From Calditrichia bacterium (lineage in GTDB: Bacteria > Calditrichota > Calditrichia > RBG-13-44-9 > J075): 64,000 bases of DNA. Shown here piece by piece: positions 30,229-39,415 of this stretch. The first letter of the stretch is position 1; every line of letters starts with the position of its first letter. Position numbers and translations under genes: made by a program. The DNA lies in assembly GCA_050633245.1 (NCBI GenBank), contig JBOEGD010000007.1, positions 82,196 to 146,195 of the forward strand. Direction: 5' to 3'. Below the pieces are notes generated by a model, which did no database searches, was not told the DNA's origin, and worked only from the letters and a program-made list of their open reading frames with translations.

Positions 30229-30980
30229 TGACCAAAAGCTATCGCGTTATTATTGTAGATGATGAAATGCTCGCGCGTCGCATTCTGAACACGAACATGC
30301 AGCGCCACTCCGACATCAAGGTTGTAGCCGAGTGTGAGAATGGATTTGAGGGTGTTAAGGCCGTGCAAAAGCATCAGCCGGACATCCTGTTTTTAGACAT
30401 CCAGATGCCGCAAATCAATGGCTTTGAAATGTTGGAGTTATTGGAAAACCCACCAGTTATTGTATTCAGCACGGCATATGATCAATACGCAATGAAAGCC
30501 TTCCAGGTTAGCGCCGCCGATTACTTATTGAAACCGTATACTCCGGAACGTTTCGACGAAGCCCTTCATCGGGCAAAGCTGCTCGCAGAAGATCGCAGCA
30601 GCAATCGCAGACAGCTGGAACTACTCGAACGGCATCAGGAAAGTGAACCTTCGATTCTCGACCGCATTGTCGTTAAAAAGGGTTCAAAGATTGTCGTGCT
30701 TCCTATTGAAGAAGTGATTCGCATTGAAGCGCAGGACGATTACGTAATGTTGTATACGCAGCGCGGCAATTTTTTAAAGCAAAAAACCATGACTTTCTTC
30801 GAAAATAAACTTGCTACTGGTGAATTTCTGAGAATTCACCGCTCCCATATAATAAAGCTATCGACAATCAGAAGTATTGAGAAAGCCACGCGAGACTCCT
30901 ATCAGGCGGTTCTTCAGGATGGAATGACCTTACCGATTAGCAGAAGCGGCTATCAAAAGTTGAAAAAAATTCTGCAGTAA
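30228..30980 (+). CDS. LytTR-family response regulator
   Basis: IVDDE, FLDIQMP, TAYDQYA, DYLLKP, FLRIHRSHII, PISRSG. Confidence 0.93.
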   Translation: MTKSYRVIIVDDEMLARRILNTNMQRHSDIKVVAECENGFEGVKAVQKHQPDILFLDIQMPQINGFEMLELLENPPVIVFSTAYDQYAMKAFQVSAADYLLKPYTPERFDEALHRAKLLAEDRSSNRRQLELLERHQESEPSILDRIVVKKGSKIVVLPIEEVIRIEAQDDYVMLYTQRGNFLKQKTMTFFENKLATGEFLRIHRSHIIKLSTIRSIEKATRDSYQAVLQDGMTLPISRSGYQKLKKILQ

Positions 30981-31066
30981 GTGACAAATCCCCTGGCAAA
31001 TCGCTCAAAACTTCATCAGGTTTAGCACGGATACCAACTGTTAATAATCGCTCTGGAGATAAAAAT

Positions 31067-32791
31067 ATGTTTAAGCCATTACACTTTTTTCTAATCTGTT
31101 TACTTACTGCCTTTACGCTTCACGCCCAAGGACCGCAAATCCGCGTGGAGCCCGATACCCTGCGTTTTGATACGCCACGCCTTGGTTCGCCAGCGCAAAA
31201 CCTGATGGTATTCAACGATGGCAATCAGCCTTTAACGATTTCGCTAACCGATACAGAAGTTACCCGTAAAGCCCATAACAATGGTCAGAGTGTCACTACC
31301 ACTCCCCTGCTACCAGCGATAATGCGTGAACGACTCAAAGACATTCAACTCAAATTACAAGAAAATGAGTTTGCAAAACCGGCACCTCAGCAGTTTTTCA
31401 GTCATGTTGCGGAAGTTATTACTGATCCGGTTGGAGATTCGCAAACAAGCGGCGTCGATATCGTCTCGGTCGATGTCAGCTCCAATGCACTCTTCTATAG
31501 CGTATCCATCGAGTTTGCTGGAGCAGTAGATACCTCTGGCTTAGCTCTTCTGGCAATCGACATCGATCAAAATATGGCAACAGGCGAATTTCCGGCACCA
31601 CTGGGATTTGGAATAGGATCATACGATTTAGGTGCAGACTTCAATTTAATCTTCGACATTAGCAATTTAGTTGGTGACTCACTCGGCATTGCCCCTTCAG
31701 CCATTGCAATTACCGGCGATGGCACGTTTACTCCAGTGGGCCTTCCAAGCCCATTGAGCATTAACGGCAATACGGTATCAGTCTCTTTGCTTCGGGCACT
31801 CACGCCGATCTTTGACGACAACTGCAATCTATCCCTTACCAGTTTTTCGCTTGGCAGCACGTCCTTCCCCGATCTTGCTCCCGATTTCGGACATGGACGA
31901 CGTGGCAATGAAGACGGTTTAAGCTGGTTGGCTCATAGCGACTCAAACGGCGCATCCGACATCCCATTTACAGCATCAATTCCGGCGGGCGATTCTGCAA
32001 GCGTAACGAATCTGCTGGCTGCCGTAAACCCGGAAGGAAGCTACACTGCTTCACTTTTAATTGCTAACAACAGCAGCAATGCTCCGAATCTGCAGGTTCC
32101 GGTTGAGGTTACGATTAACGCGCTCGAGAGCCCGGCTATTGATGTTGCGCCAGCTGCAATAAGTGATACGCTAATGGACACGCAGGGAACCCAAAGTTAT
32201 CAGGTCGTAATAAACAACAGCGGAGATGGTAGCCTTATTTACTTCCTGAACGATTCCAGCGCGGTTGGCGAAGAATGGTTCAGCGTTGAAGCATTTATCC
32301 CCATTGGGCGTATTGAAAGCGGACAGAGCGAATCGGTAACACTGACCGTAAATCCGACTGGATTAACGGTTGGGCAAGCCTATTCCGCCAAGCTTCAGAT
32401 AATCAGTAACGACAGCGTCAACACGGTTGTCAATGTACCGGTTAACATCACCATAGAATCCTCCACTAGTATTGATCCTGAAGCGTTGCTGCCACAGCAG
32501 ATGTCGCTACACGGCAATTATCCGAATCCATTTAACCCATCAACCACCATTCGCTACGAGCTCTCAACTCCTCAGCGTGTATCCATTGCAATTTTTGATG
32601 CCGTAGGGCGCGTTGTTCGAGTGCTTAATGACAGCCCCACGGGCGGAGGCGGTACCGGCGGAGACACATATTCTGTTGTTTGGGATGGTAAGGACAATCT
32701 CGGTAACTCGGTCGGCAGTGGAGTTTACTATTACAGACTAAGTAGCGATTCCGGGCAAAGCATCAGCCGAAAGATGGTATTGTTGAAATAG
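31067..32791 (+). CDS. Secreted Ig-like multidomain protein with T9SS/FlgD-Ig CTD
   Basis: Signal peptide, NxGxxxL Ig repeats, GNYPNPFNPSTTI..WDGKDNLGNSVGSGVYYYRL..RKMVLLK. Confidence 0.8.
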   Translation: MFKPLHFFLICLLTAFTLHAQGPQIRVEPDTLRFDTPRLGSPAQNLMVFNDGNQPLTISLTDTEVTRKAHNNGQSVTTTPLLPAIMRERLKDIQLKLQENEFAKPAPQQFFSHVAEVITDPVGDSQTSGVDIVSVDVSSNALFYSVSIEFAGAVDTSGLALLAIDIDQNMATGEFPAPLGFGIGSYDLGADFNLIFDISNLVGDSLGIAPSAIAITGDGTFTPVGLPSPLSINGNTVSVSLLRALTPIFDDNCNLSLTSFSLGSTSFPDLAPDFGHGRRGNEDGLSWLAHSDSNGASDIPFTASIPAGDSASVTNLLAAVNPEGSYTASLLIANNSSNAPNLQVPVEVTINALESPAIDVAPAAISDTLMDTQGTQSYQVVINNSGDGSLIYFLNDSSAVGEEWFSVEAFIPIGRIESGQSESVTLTVNPTGLTVGQAYSAKLQIISNDSVNTVVNVPVNITIESSTSIDPEALLPQQMSLHGNYPNPFNPSTTIRYELSTPQRVSIAIFDAVGRVVRVLNDSPTGGGGTGGDTYSVVWDGKDNLGNSVGSGVYYYRLSSDSGQSISRKMVLLK

Positions 32792-32794
32792 ACT

Positions 32795-33111
32795 TAGATG
32801 TTCGCTTCGCTCACTTATTGGGCGAGGCTACACCTCTGGTTGGTGTCTAGCCTAGTGAGTCGCAGTACACTCCACTTAAATTCTTGTCCTTTTTGACAAC
32901 ACAAAAAGGACGAAAAATGCCTTTGGTTCGGGGAACTCGTCATCCTGACTCAAACAACCCTCGCCTGACCGTCCATGGTGATTTTTGCTCCGCTCTGTCA
33001 ACACAACCAGTGCACATAAGAAGCCTGGACTCAGCCAATAAGTCCCGAAGGGACGACTCATAAGCGCAGCGCCCCATCAGTGAAACGTCCTACAAGTCCC
33101 GAAGGGACGAC
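32795..33111. repeat. Palindrome-rich REP/MITE-like intergenic element
   Basis: Hairpin gtcctttttg..caaaaaggac, cgcttcgctc/gctccgctc motifs, two exact aagtcccgaagggacgac copies near 33040 and 33093. Confidence 0.6.
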
Positions 33112-34428
33112 CTAGTTCACCAAATACTTCGGCAACCAGGTGGCTAGTTCAGGAAAGAAAATGACTACCGCCAGGCCAATTAGCTGAATAACAATAAAGG
33201 GCATAATTCCACGATAGATATGCTGGGTCTTCACCTCAGGTGGTGCCACACCCTTCAGATAGAAAAGCGCAAAGCCAAAGGGCGGTGTCAGAAACGACGT
33301 TTGCAGGTTCATAGCGACAAGAATGCCCAACCATAGTAAATCGACATTGAGTGCGGCAAAAAGAGGTAACACGACGGGCACAATAATAAACGTAATCTCG
33401 ATAAAGTCGATAAAAAATCCCGCAATAAAGATCGATACCATCACCAGCAGCAACAGCGTATTGGCATCCAGATTATGCTGCTGAATCAGCTGCACAAGAT
33501 AGGCGTCTCCGCCCATTCCCTTGAACACCAGACTGAATGCCGTTGCACCAACCAAAATCATAAAAACCATCGAGGTTAGGAAGGTCGTTTCCTTCATTAC
33601 GATTTTTAGCGTTTCCAGGTTCAGCTTGCCCTGAAGAATAGTCAAGAGCGTTGCACCAAATGCACCAACGCCAGCAGCTTCAGTCGGTGTGGCATAACCG
33701 TAAAAGATCGATCCCAGAACGGCTGTTATCAGCAATAGCGGTAGCAGAAAGGCCATAACGATGCGCTTCCCCATTCCCGCGCCTCTGAATGCAGCCAACT
33801 CTTCCGGCGGCATCGCCGGTGTTGCGCCTGGCTTTATGATACTCAAAACTATAATCCAAAGCAGATACAGGCCAACCAGCAGAATACCGGGAAAAACCGC
33901 GCCCATAAACATATCCCCTACCGGCACGTTCATAACGCTACCAAGCAATACGAGAACGATTGACGGAGGAATAATCTGCCCAAGCGTGCCGGAAGCCGCG
34001 ATAATGCCGGTGGCTACCTCCGGACTGTATCCACGCTTCAACATGGTTGGCAAACTTAACAGTCCCATTGTAACAACCGTGGCTCCAACAATGCCGGTTG
34101 AGGCCGCCAACAACGTTCCAACAACAACGACAGAAATCGCCAGCCCACCGCGCAATCGGCCAAACAACATGCCCATTGTTTCAAGCAGTTCTTCGGCAAG
34201 GCCGGATTTTTCCAGCATGACGCCCATATAAACGAAAAGCGGCACCGCGAGCAGCACATAGTTCTGCATAATGCCCCAGACACGCAGCGGTAATAGATTC
34301 AGAAAATCGAATCCAAACGTAAGGAGTCCGAGCAAAATTGATACGCCACCCAGCGTAAAAGCAACCGGATAACCGAGCAGGAGCAATGCGAATAGCACAA
34401 CAAACAGTATCAGTCCCATCGCTTCCAT
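33112..34428 (-). CDS. dctM: TRAP transporter large permease
   Basis: GYPVAFTLGG, LLAVPLFVYMG, ASGTLGQIIPPSIVL, NLQTSFLTPPFGFALFYLKG; ATG overlaps the dctQ stop. Confidence 0.92.
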   Translation of the reverse strand: MEAMGLILFVVLFALLLLGYPVAFTLGGVSILLGLLTFGFDFLNLLPLRVWGIMQNYVLLAVPLFVYMGVMLEKSGLAEELLETMGMLFGRLRGGLAISVVVVGTLLAASTGIVGATVVTMGLLSLPTMLKRGYSPEVATGIIAASGTLGQIIPPSIVLVLLGSVMNVPVGDMFMGAVFPGILLVGLYLLWIIVLSIIKPGATPAMPPEELAAFRGAGMGKRIVMAFLLPLLLITAVLGSIFYGYATPTEAAGVGAFGATLLTILQGKLNLETLKIVMKETTFLTSMVFMILVGATAFSLVFKGMGGDAYLVQLIQQHNLDANTLLLLVMVSIFIAGFFIDFIEITFIIVPVVLPLFAALNVDLLWLGILVAMNLQTSFLTPPFGFALFYLKGVAPPEVKTQHIYRGIMPFIVIQLIGLAVVIFFPELATWLPKYLVN

Positions 34429-34937
34429 CACGCAACCTCCTGCTGCTCTTGCCAGTCTTGCCACGAGCGAATAAGCAATGAGATCGATTGAAGAATAATA
34501 AGCGCAAAGCCAACCGGAATAGCCGCCTTAATCAGGTAACGCATCGGCAGCCCACCCGGATCAGGCGACGTTTCAGATACGGCAAAGGAATTGGCAACGA
34601 AAGTCCAGGAGGTCATTATCGCAACGACTGAAAAGGGAATGGTAAAGAGCAACGTTCCCAGAAAGTTAATCAGTCCCTGATGTTTCTTACTCATGCGGCT
34701 GTAGAAAACATCGACACGCACATGTCGGTCGTGCTTCAACGTATAGCCAGCGGCCAATAAAAAGAGGAAAGCAAATAAATGCCACTCCAGCTCAACCATT
34801 GCCGGGTTTGTGCTGTTAAACGCGTAGCGTACACAAACGTCGTACATAACAACCAACACCATTGCGGAGGTTAGCCACGCGACACCGCTGCCAATCTTTT
34901 CTGTAAGCGCGTCAATTTTGTTTGCAAGTCTTTTCAT
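34428..34937 (-). CDS. dctQ: TRAP transporter small permease
   Basis: Four TM helices, ELEWHLF, YTLKHDRHVRVDVFY, ETSPDPGGLP. Confidence 0.9.
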   Translation of the reverse strand: MKRLANKIDALTEKIGSGVAWLTSAMVLVVMYDVCVRYAFNSTNPAMVELEWHLFAFLFLLAAGYTLKHDRHVRVDVFYSRMSKKHQGLINFLGTLLFTIPFSVVAIMTSWTFVANSFAVSETSPDPGGLPMRYLIKAAIPVGFALIILQSISLLIRSWQDWQEQQEVA

Positions 34938-34951
34938 GAGACCTATAATTT

Positions 34952-35145
34952 TCTGAGTTCCGAGTGTATAGCCGTGGGTCAAGACCCACGTTACTTGTTA
35001 GGCGATTCTCACCGTCTGAGTTCTGTGTGTGCATAGCCGTGGGTCAAGACCCACGTTACTTGTTAGGCGATCTCTCACCGTCTGAGTTCTGTGTGTGCAT
35101 AGCCGTGGGTCAAGACCCACGTTACTTGTTAGGCGATTCTCACCG
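34952..35145. repeat. Three tandem 63-66 bp repeats, each with a REP-like hairpin
   Basis: Unit tctgagttctgtgtgtgcatagccgtgggtcaagacccacgttacttgttaggcgattctcaccg at 34952, 35015, 35081; hairpin cgtgggtc-aa-gacccacg. Confidence 0.92.
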
Positions 35146-35345
35146 ATTACCCCAGCCAATATACCTCCCATCAATCAATTTCCAAAACGGACTCAGACCT
35201 GTAAAAACAGTCTGCAAATTAATACTACTGTGCAAAAGAATAGACAGGATCCGCTAAAATAACCCGCTAAATCGAATAAAAAACATGGCATGATACTTGA
35301 CCTCTTTATGACAGGAGATCGGAGCACTCATCATTAGGAGGACTT

Positions 35346-35987
35346 ATGAAACGCATTATTCTGTCGCTTATTTTTGGTCTTACCGCATTAAGCACATCTC
35401 TATCTGCGCAGACGGAGTTTTATGCTCGCGCAGGCACCTCGATCCCGTTTACACCTGATCAATTCAGCACGGTTTGGAAGAGTAATTTAAACTATGCCTT
35501 CGGCTTCCGTCTGGCGCGCAGCAAAACGGCTCTGATAGGACTGGAGTTTTCACACCACGATTTTTTATTTGACGAAATCGCCGCGGTGGAATCAGGCATG
35601 TCACCGATTCAAGTCGAAAACCTCAGCGGAAAGCTATCCAGCGTAAACACCCTCAATCTACATCTGAAGTGGTGGCCTATTCTGTCGGAATCAAAAATAC
35701 GTCCGGCGCTTATTGCAGGAGCCGGGTTTTCACAGGTGAAATCGCTGAGCACAACCAGCGGATTTGCAGATGAAAAGTTACAGTCTGGTAGAGCGGGGTC
35801 AGACATTAATGGTTTACGCAAAGACGAAATTGCTGTTTCGTTTAACATTGGTGGAGAATTGCTGTTCCGACTCATGCCAAATTTCGGTTTGGTTCTCAGC
35901 GGTGCATTTACTGGCATGCCGGGTGAAGAATCGATTTCCGGCTTTACTTCATTTAGCCTTGGAATAAGCCTGGGTTTACCGAAATAA
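35346..35987 (+). CDS. Small outer-membrane beta-barrel protein
   Basis: RBS ggagga, signal peptide, alternating amphipathic strands (IGLEFS, GAGFS, FNIGGEL, SFSLGISL). Confidence 0.65.
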   Translation: MKRIILSLIFGLTALSTSLSAQTEFYARAGTSIPFTPDQFSTVWKSNLNYAFGFRLARSKTALIGLEFSHHDFLFDEIAAVESGMSPIQVENLSGKLSSVNTLNLHLKWWPILSESKIRPALIAGAGFSQVKSLSTTSGFADEKLQSGRAGSDINGLRKDEIAVSFNIGGELLFRLMPNFGLVLSGAFTGMPGEESISGFTSFSLGISLGLPK

Positions 35988-35997
35988 TAAACGTGGA

Positions 35998-36399
35998 GTG
36001 ACTATGATAAAGGCTTTTACACAATTCGTCATTTACGCAACCATTCTGCTACTGAACTTCTCCTCTTGTGCGCCACCGATTCGGACACTTATGCCCGCAA
36101 CCAAAAAAAACTATGCAGCTCAGAAAAAACTGATAATCACGATGCATGATGGTAGCAAACACAAATTGATATTCAAAAAAAGCGATGAAACCGGGATTTA
36201 TGGGTTCGGACAAAAGTATTTTTCATTTGAGGAAATTGCCTTCATTGAAACCGAACGTGCAAATCCTGCCAATGTGGGCATTGCCATTCTTGGAACAGCC
36301 GCCGTCGGTGCCACGGTCATTGCCATCGCAGCAATAAAGGCACAGCAGGCATATTATAAGGGAATTGCAGAAGGTTTGTCCGGTTTATCGAGTCGATAG
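35998..36399 (+). CDS. Hypothetical lipoprotein with C-terminal hydrophobic helix
   Basis: FSSC lipobox, GIYG..F.EI core shared with the next gene. Confidence 0.6.
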   Translation: MTMIKAFTQFVIYATILLLNFSSCAPPIRTLMPATKKNYAAQKKLIITMHDGSKHKLIFKKSDETGIYGFGQKYFSFEEIAFIETERANPANVGIAILGTAAVGATVIAIAAIKAQQAYYKGIAEGLSGLSSR

Positions 36400-36499
36400 G
36401 TTTAGCGAATACAGTTTATACAATTTGTAATGGATCCTTATGGCCTAAATCCTTTGGCTGGTAGATAGACGATGCGTCTTACAATAAAGAGGGTATTAA

Positions 36500-36874
36500 A
36501 TGAAGTTCGCTAAGATGGTCCTGCGTTGCACAGCTGGCCCCATAGTTCTTATCCTGCTCAACAGCTGTGCCGGTTCAAAACCAACAATGATCGAACCATC
36601 TCGACATAACATCCGTCCAATGATGAAGCTGATAATCGAAACGCAAGAAGGCCAAGTTTATTCAATCAAGGTAAAACGAACCAACAAGCACGGTATTTAT
36701 GGCACCAACGATGAATACATCAAGTATTCAGAAATTAAGCAGTTGGTAAAGGTTCCTTATTCACAATCAAAAATATTGGCTGTCCATGGAGTTGTTCTTG
36801 GTTTTGTCGGCATTGTTGTCGTTGTGGGACTGATAAAAGGACCATCTTTCTCTAGTAATTTTGGCCTTCAATAG
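36500..36874 (+). CDS. Hypothetical lipoprotein, paralog of 35998-36399
   Basis: LNSC lipobox, KLII..GIYG..Y.EI, C-terminal TM. Confidence 0.6.
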   Translation: MKFAKMVLRCTAGPIVLILLNSCAGSKPTMIEPSRHNIRPMMKLIIETQEGQVYSIKVKRTNKHGIYGTNDEYIKYSEIKQLVKVPYSQSKILAVHGVVLGFVGIVVVVGLIKGPSFSSNFGLQ

Positions 36875-37022
36875 TGTCGACCGGCGGTAAATTGATACCC
36901 ACATTTATCTGATCAAAGAACCATCTCTCTCTGATAATTTTAACCCCGTTTTCCAGCAGTTATAAAACCAGAAATATGTGCTCGGACAAAATTAAGTCTA
37001 ATGAGTGAAGGTGTTAAAATGT

Positions 37023-37143
37023 GTCAGGCTGAGCACCTCGACTATGCTCGGTATAGGCTCTGTCGAAGCCCTATTGAGAGCTTTCTTAGCCTCTCGCTTC
37101 GCTCGAGGTGACAAAACAAAAATGTAAAACAATTCTGTCCATC
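37023..37143 (+). repeat. Dispersed 121-bp palindromic element, copy 1
   Basis: gtcaggctgagc..aggctctgtcgaagccctattgagagctt..cttcgctcgaggtgacaaaac..tctgtccatc; matches 42339-42459. Confidence 0.88.
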
Positions 37144-37230
37144 CACTTACTTTTATTTTGCAATAGACTGAATAATTTCTAATATTACGCAGGTATCCAC
37201 AACCCAAGTAAACTCAACCGGAGGAGTTTT

Positions 37231-38013
37231 ATGCACGCCCTGCGCTCCCTTTTTTGCATACTATTTATTTTTTCTGTCTGTCTCGCTGCCAAAGAGACCA
37301 TAACGTTTCCTTCCAAAGATAAACTAACCATCACTGCAGATGTATATATCGCACATGCAGATAGCACTGCTCCATTTATTCTGCTGTGCCATCAGGCTGG
37401 TTGGAGTCGCGGTGAATATCTTGAAATTGCGCCCAAGCTGAACGCGATGGGATTCAACTGCATGGCGATCGACCAACGTTCTGGCAAAGGCGTGAACGAG
37501 GTTTCAAACAAGACCGCAGCAGCGGCAAAGGCCAAAGCTCTGGCAATGGACTATCCTGACGCACTGCCGGATATTATTGCTGCGATAGAATATGCAAAAA
37601 CGCATTATGCTAAAGGAAAGATCATTGTCTGGGGAAGTTCTTACTCTTCTGCTCTGGTGCTTAAACTGGGTGGCGACATGGCAAGCGACATAGATGGCGT
37701 TTTGTCTTTTGCTCCCGGGGAATACTTTACGCGCTTCGGCAAACCAAAAGACTGGATTCGCCAGTCAGCCGCCAAGATTACCGGACCGGTATTCATCACT
37801 TCTGCTAAAAGCGAACACGTGAACTGGAAAGCGATCTACGATGCAATTCCTTCCGAACAGAAGCAATATTTCCTACCGCAAACCAAAGGGAATCATGGTT
37901 CGCGGGCGCTCTGGGATAAGTTTAAGGATAGTGAGGAGTATTGGAAGGCTGTCTCAGATTTTCTCGGACAGTTTCTGACAAAAACAGATGCAGCCGACAA
38001 AATGGAAGGTTAG
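37231..38013 (+). CDS. Secreted alpha/beta hydrolase (dienelactone-hydrolase-like)
   Basis: Signal peptide, LLCHQAG, DQRSG, WGSSYS nucleophile elbow, HGS; RBS ggagga. Confidence 0.8.
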   Translation: MHALRSLFCILFIFSVCLAAKETITFPSKDKLTITADVYIAHADSTAPFILLCHQAGWSRGEYLEIAPKLNAMGFNCMAIDQRSGKGVNEVSNKTAAAAKAKALAMDYPDALPDIIAAIEYAKTHYAKGKIIVWGSSYSSALVLKLGGDMASDIDGVLSFAPGEYFTRFGKPKDWIRQSAAKITGPVFITSAKSEHVNWKAIYDAIPSEQKQYFLPQTKGNHGSRALWDKFKDSEEYWKAVSDFLGQFLTKTDAADKMEG

Positions 38014-39404
38014 CGAGTAAGCGTCATCTGCCTAACGCTGCTTGTAAAATCCGTTTTTAAAACATACCAATATGGGCCCGATGCCACGGGCCTTTCTATA
38101 TCATCCAATCCATTCCACTCAAAAGCATGCAAACCACGACTATAGTACCCTTTGCTAAGGAGTCGAATTTGCTGTCCGTTTACATTGAATATACGCAGCT
38201 CTATCTGCGTCGGAGAATCCAACTCGAATTCAATTTGCGTTGTTGGATTAAAAGGATTGGGATAATTGCGTAAGCTAAGCGATTGGGGGAGTTGTGGATT
38301 GTCGTCTTCTATCCCGGTTACTGGTGGGTTAAAGACATCGATAGATGTCTGGACATTTCCGGCGAAATCGAAGAAGGCAAGATTTTCCCAGGCGGAACCA
38401 AATTGTGGAGCGGATATCCATGCAGCTTCCCAATAAAAAACACCGGTACCGCGATTATTCGGCAGATTGCGCACAATGTTCATCACGTCTCGAACAAACC
38501 AACGCTGTCCGTTCACCGAAGCCGGATAACCATTTAGCAGTTGGCTGTTCAGCCCAACAATATTGCCAGTGTTGTCGCCAAAGTTCAGCGTCCAGGGGTA
38601 GGCAGTTTCTACTACCACAACTTCTTTGTTATATCGATTAACCATGTCGGTTAAATTACTGGTGAGATCATTCAGATCGCCATGCCACCATGGATAAAAA
38701 GACTGACCGATAATATCGAATTCCACATTCTGAGCCGTCAGATTATCGAAGAACCAGCGGCTACTGCCGTTATCCCCACCACGGTCAATGTGGATCATGA
38801 TCTTCGTGCTATCCCCTGCCCCAAGCGCGTCGCGCACTCCCTGACCACCACTGCCGATTAACTGCGCCAGTTGCGACCACTGCTGCGGGGTATTAAACCC
38901 ATCACAGACACGTCCTTCATTCCACAGCATACCGCAAATGATCTCATTGCCGATCTGCACCACATCCGGTGGCGTTTGCTGGGCAGCGAGTGCTCCTACA
39001 ACGTGGTTAGTATATTGGTAGACGCTATCGGAGAGCGCGGAAAAAGGCAAGCCCATCCATACCGCAGGCTTGGTTTGATTGCCGGGATCTGCCCAGGTGT
39101 CAGAATAGTGGAAGTCCAGTAAAAGCTGCATTCCAGCAGTCTTCACTCGGGTGGCAATCTCAAGTGTTTTTTGCAGATTACTATAACCATCGGCGGGATT
39201 ATTCCAGACTCGCAAACGCACAGCGTTTACACCATTTTCGGCAAATACCTCAAGGGCATCACGTGGCACACCCCCGACTCGGAAGGTGCCACCAGAATCC
39301 TCTACTTTCTGTAGATAGGAGACATCCACGCCGCGAAAAAAATCATTTTCACTCTGCTGCGCAAATAGCACAATCGGGAAGAACAGAATTAGCAAAAGGC
39401 GCAT
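38010..39404 (-). CDS. GH53 endo-beta-1,4-galactanase with T9SS CTD
   Basis: RGVDVS, VRLRVWNNP, LLDFHYSDTWADPG, QIGNE, SFYPWWH, VETAYP, GVFYWE; NYPNPFNP CTD. Confidence 0.92.
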   Translation of the reverse strand: MRLLLILFFPIVLFAQQSENDFFRGVDVSYLQKVEDSGGTFRVGGVPRDALEVFAENGVNAVRLRVWNNPADGYSNLQKTLEIATRVKTAGMQLLLDFHYSDTWADPGNQTKPAVWMGLPFSALSDSVYQYTNHVVGALAAQQTPPDVVQIGNEIICGMLWNEGRVCDGFNTPQQWSQLAQLIGSGGQGVRDALGAGDSTKIMIHIDRGGDNGSSRWFFDNLTAQNVEFDIIGQSFYPWWHGDLNDLTSNLTDMVNRYNKEVVVVETAYPWTLNFGDNTGNIVGLNSQLLNGYPASVNGQRWFVRDVMNIVRNLPNNRGTGVFYWEAAWISAPQFGSAWENLAFFDFAGNVQTSIDVFNPPVTGIEDDNPQLPQSLSLRNYPNPFNPTTQIEFELDSPTQIELRIFNVNGQQIRLLSKGYYSRGLHAFEWNGLDDIERPVASGPYWYVLKTDFTSSVRQMTLTR

Positions 39405-39415
39405 AGACGCTCCGG

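Noticed and set aside
34952-35145. CRISPR array
   Set aside because: Sequences between the hairpins are near-identical rather than unique spacers, and no cas genes are in the window
34964-35257. 97-aa ORF with repeated peptide
   Set aside because: It is just the translation of the tandem repeat, with no convincing RBS
36425-36485. Possible riboswitch (ttgtaa..ggcctaaatcc..ttacaa) before the second small lipoprotein
   Set aside because: Only a 6-bp closing stem and a partial motif; insufficient support
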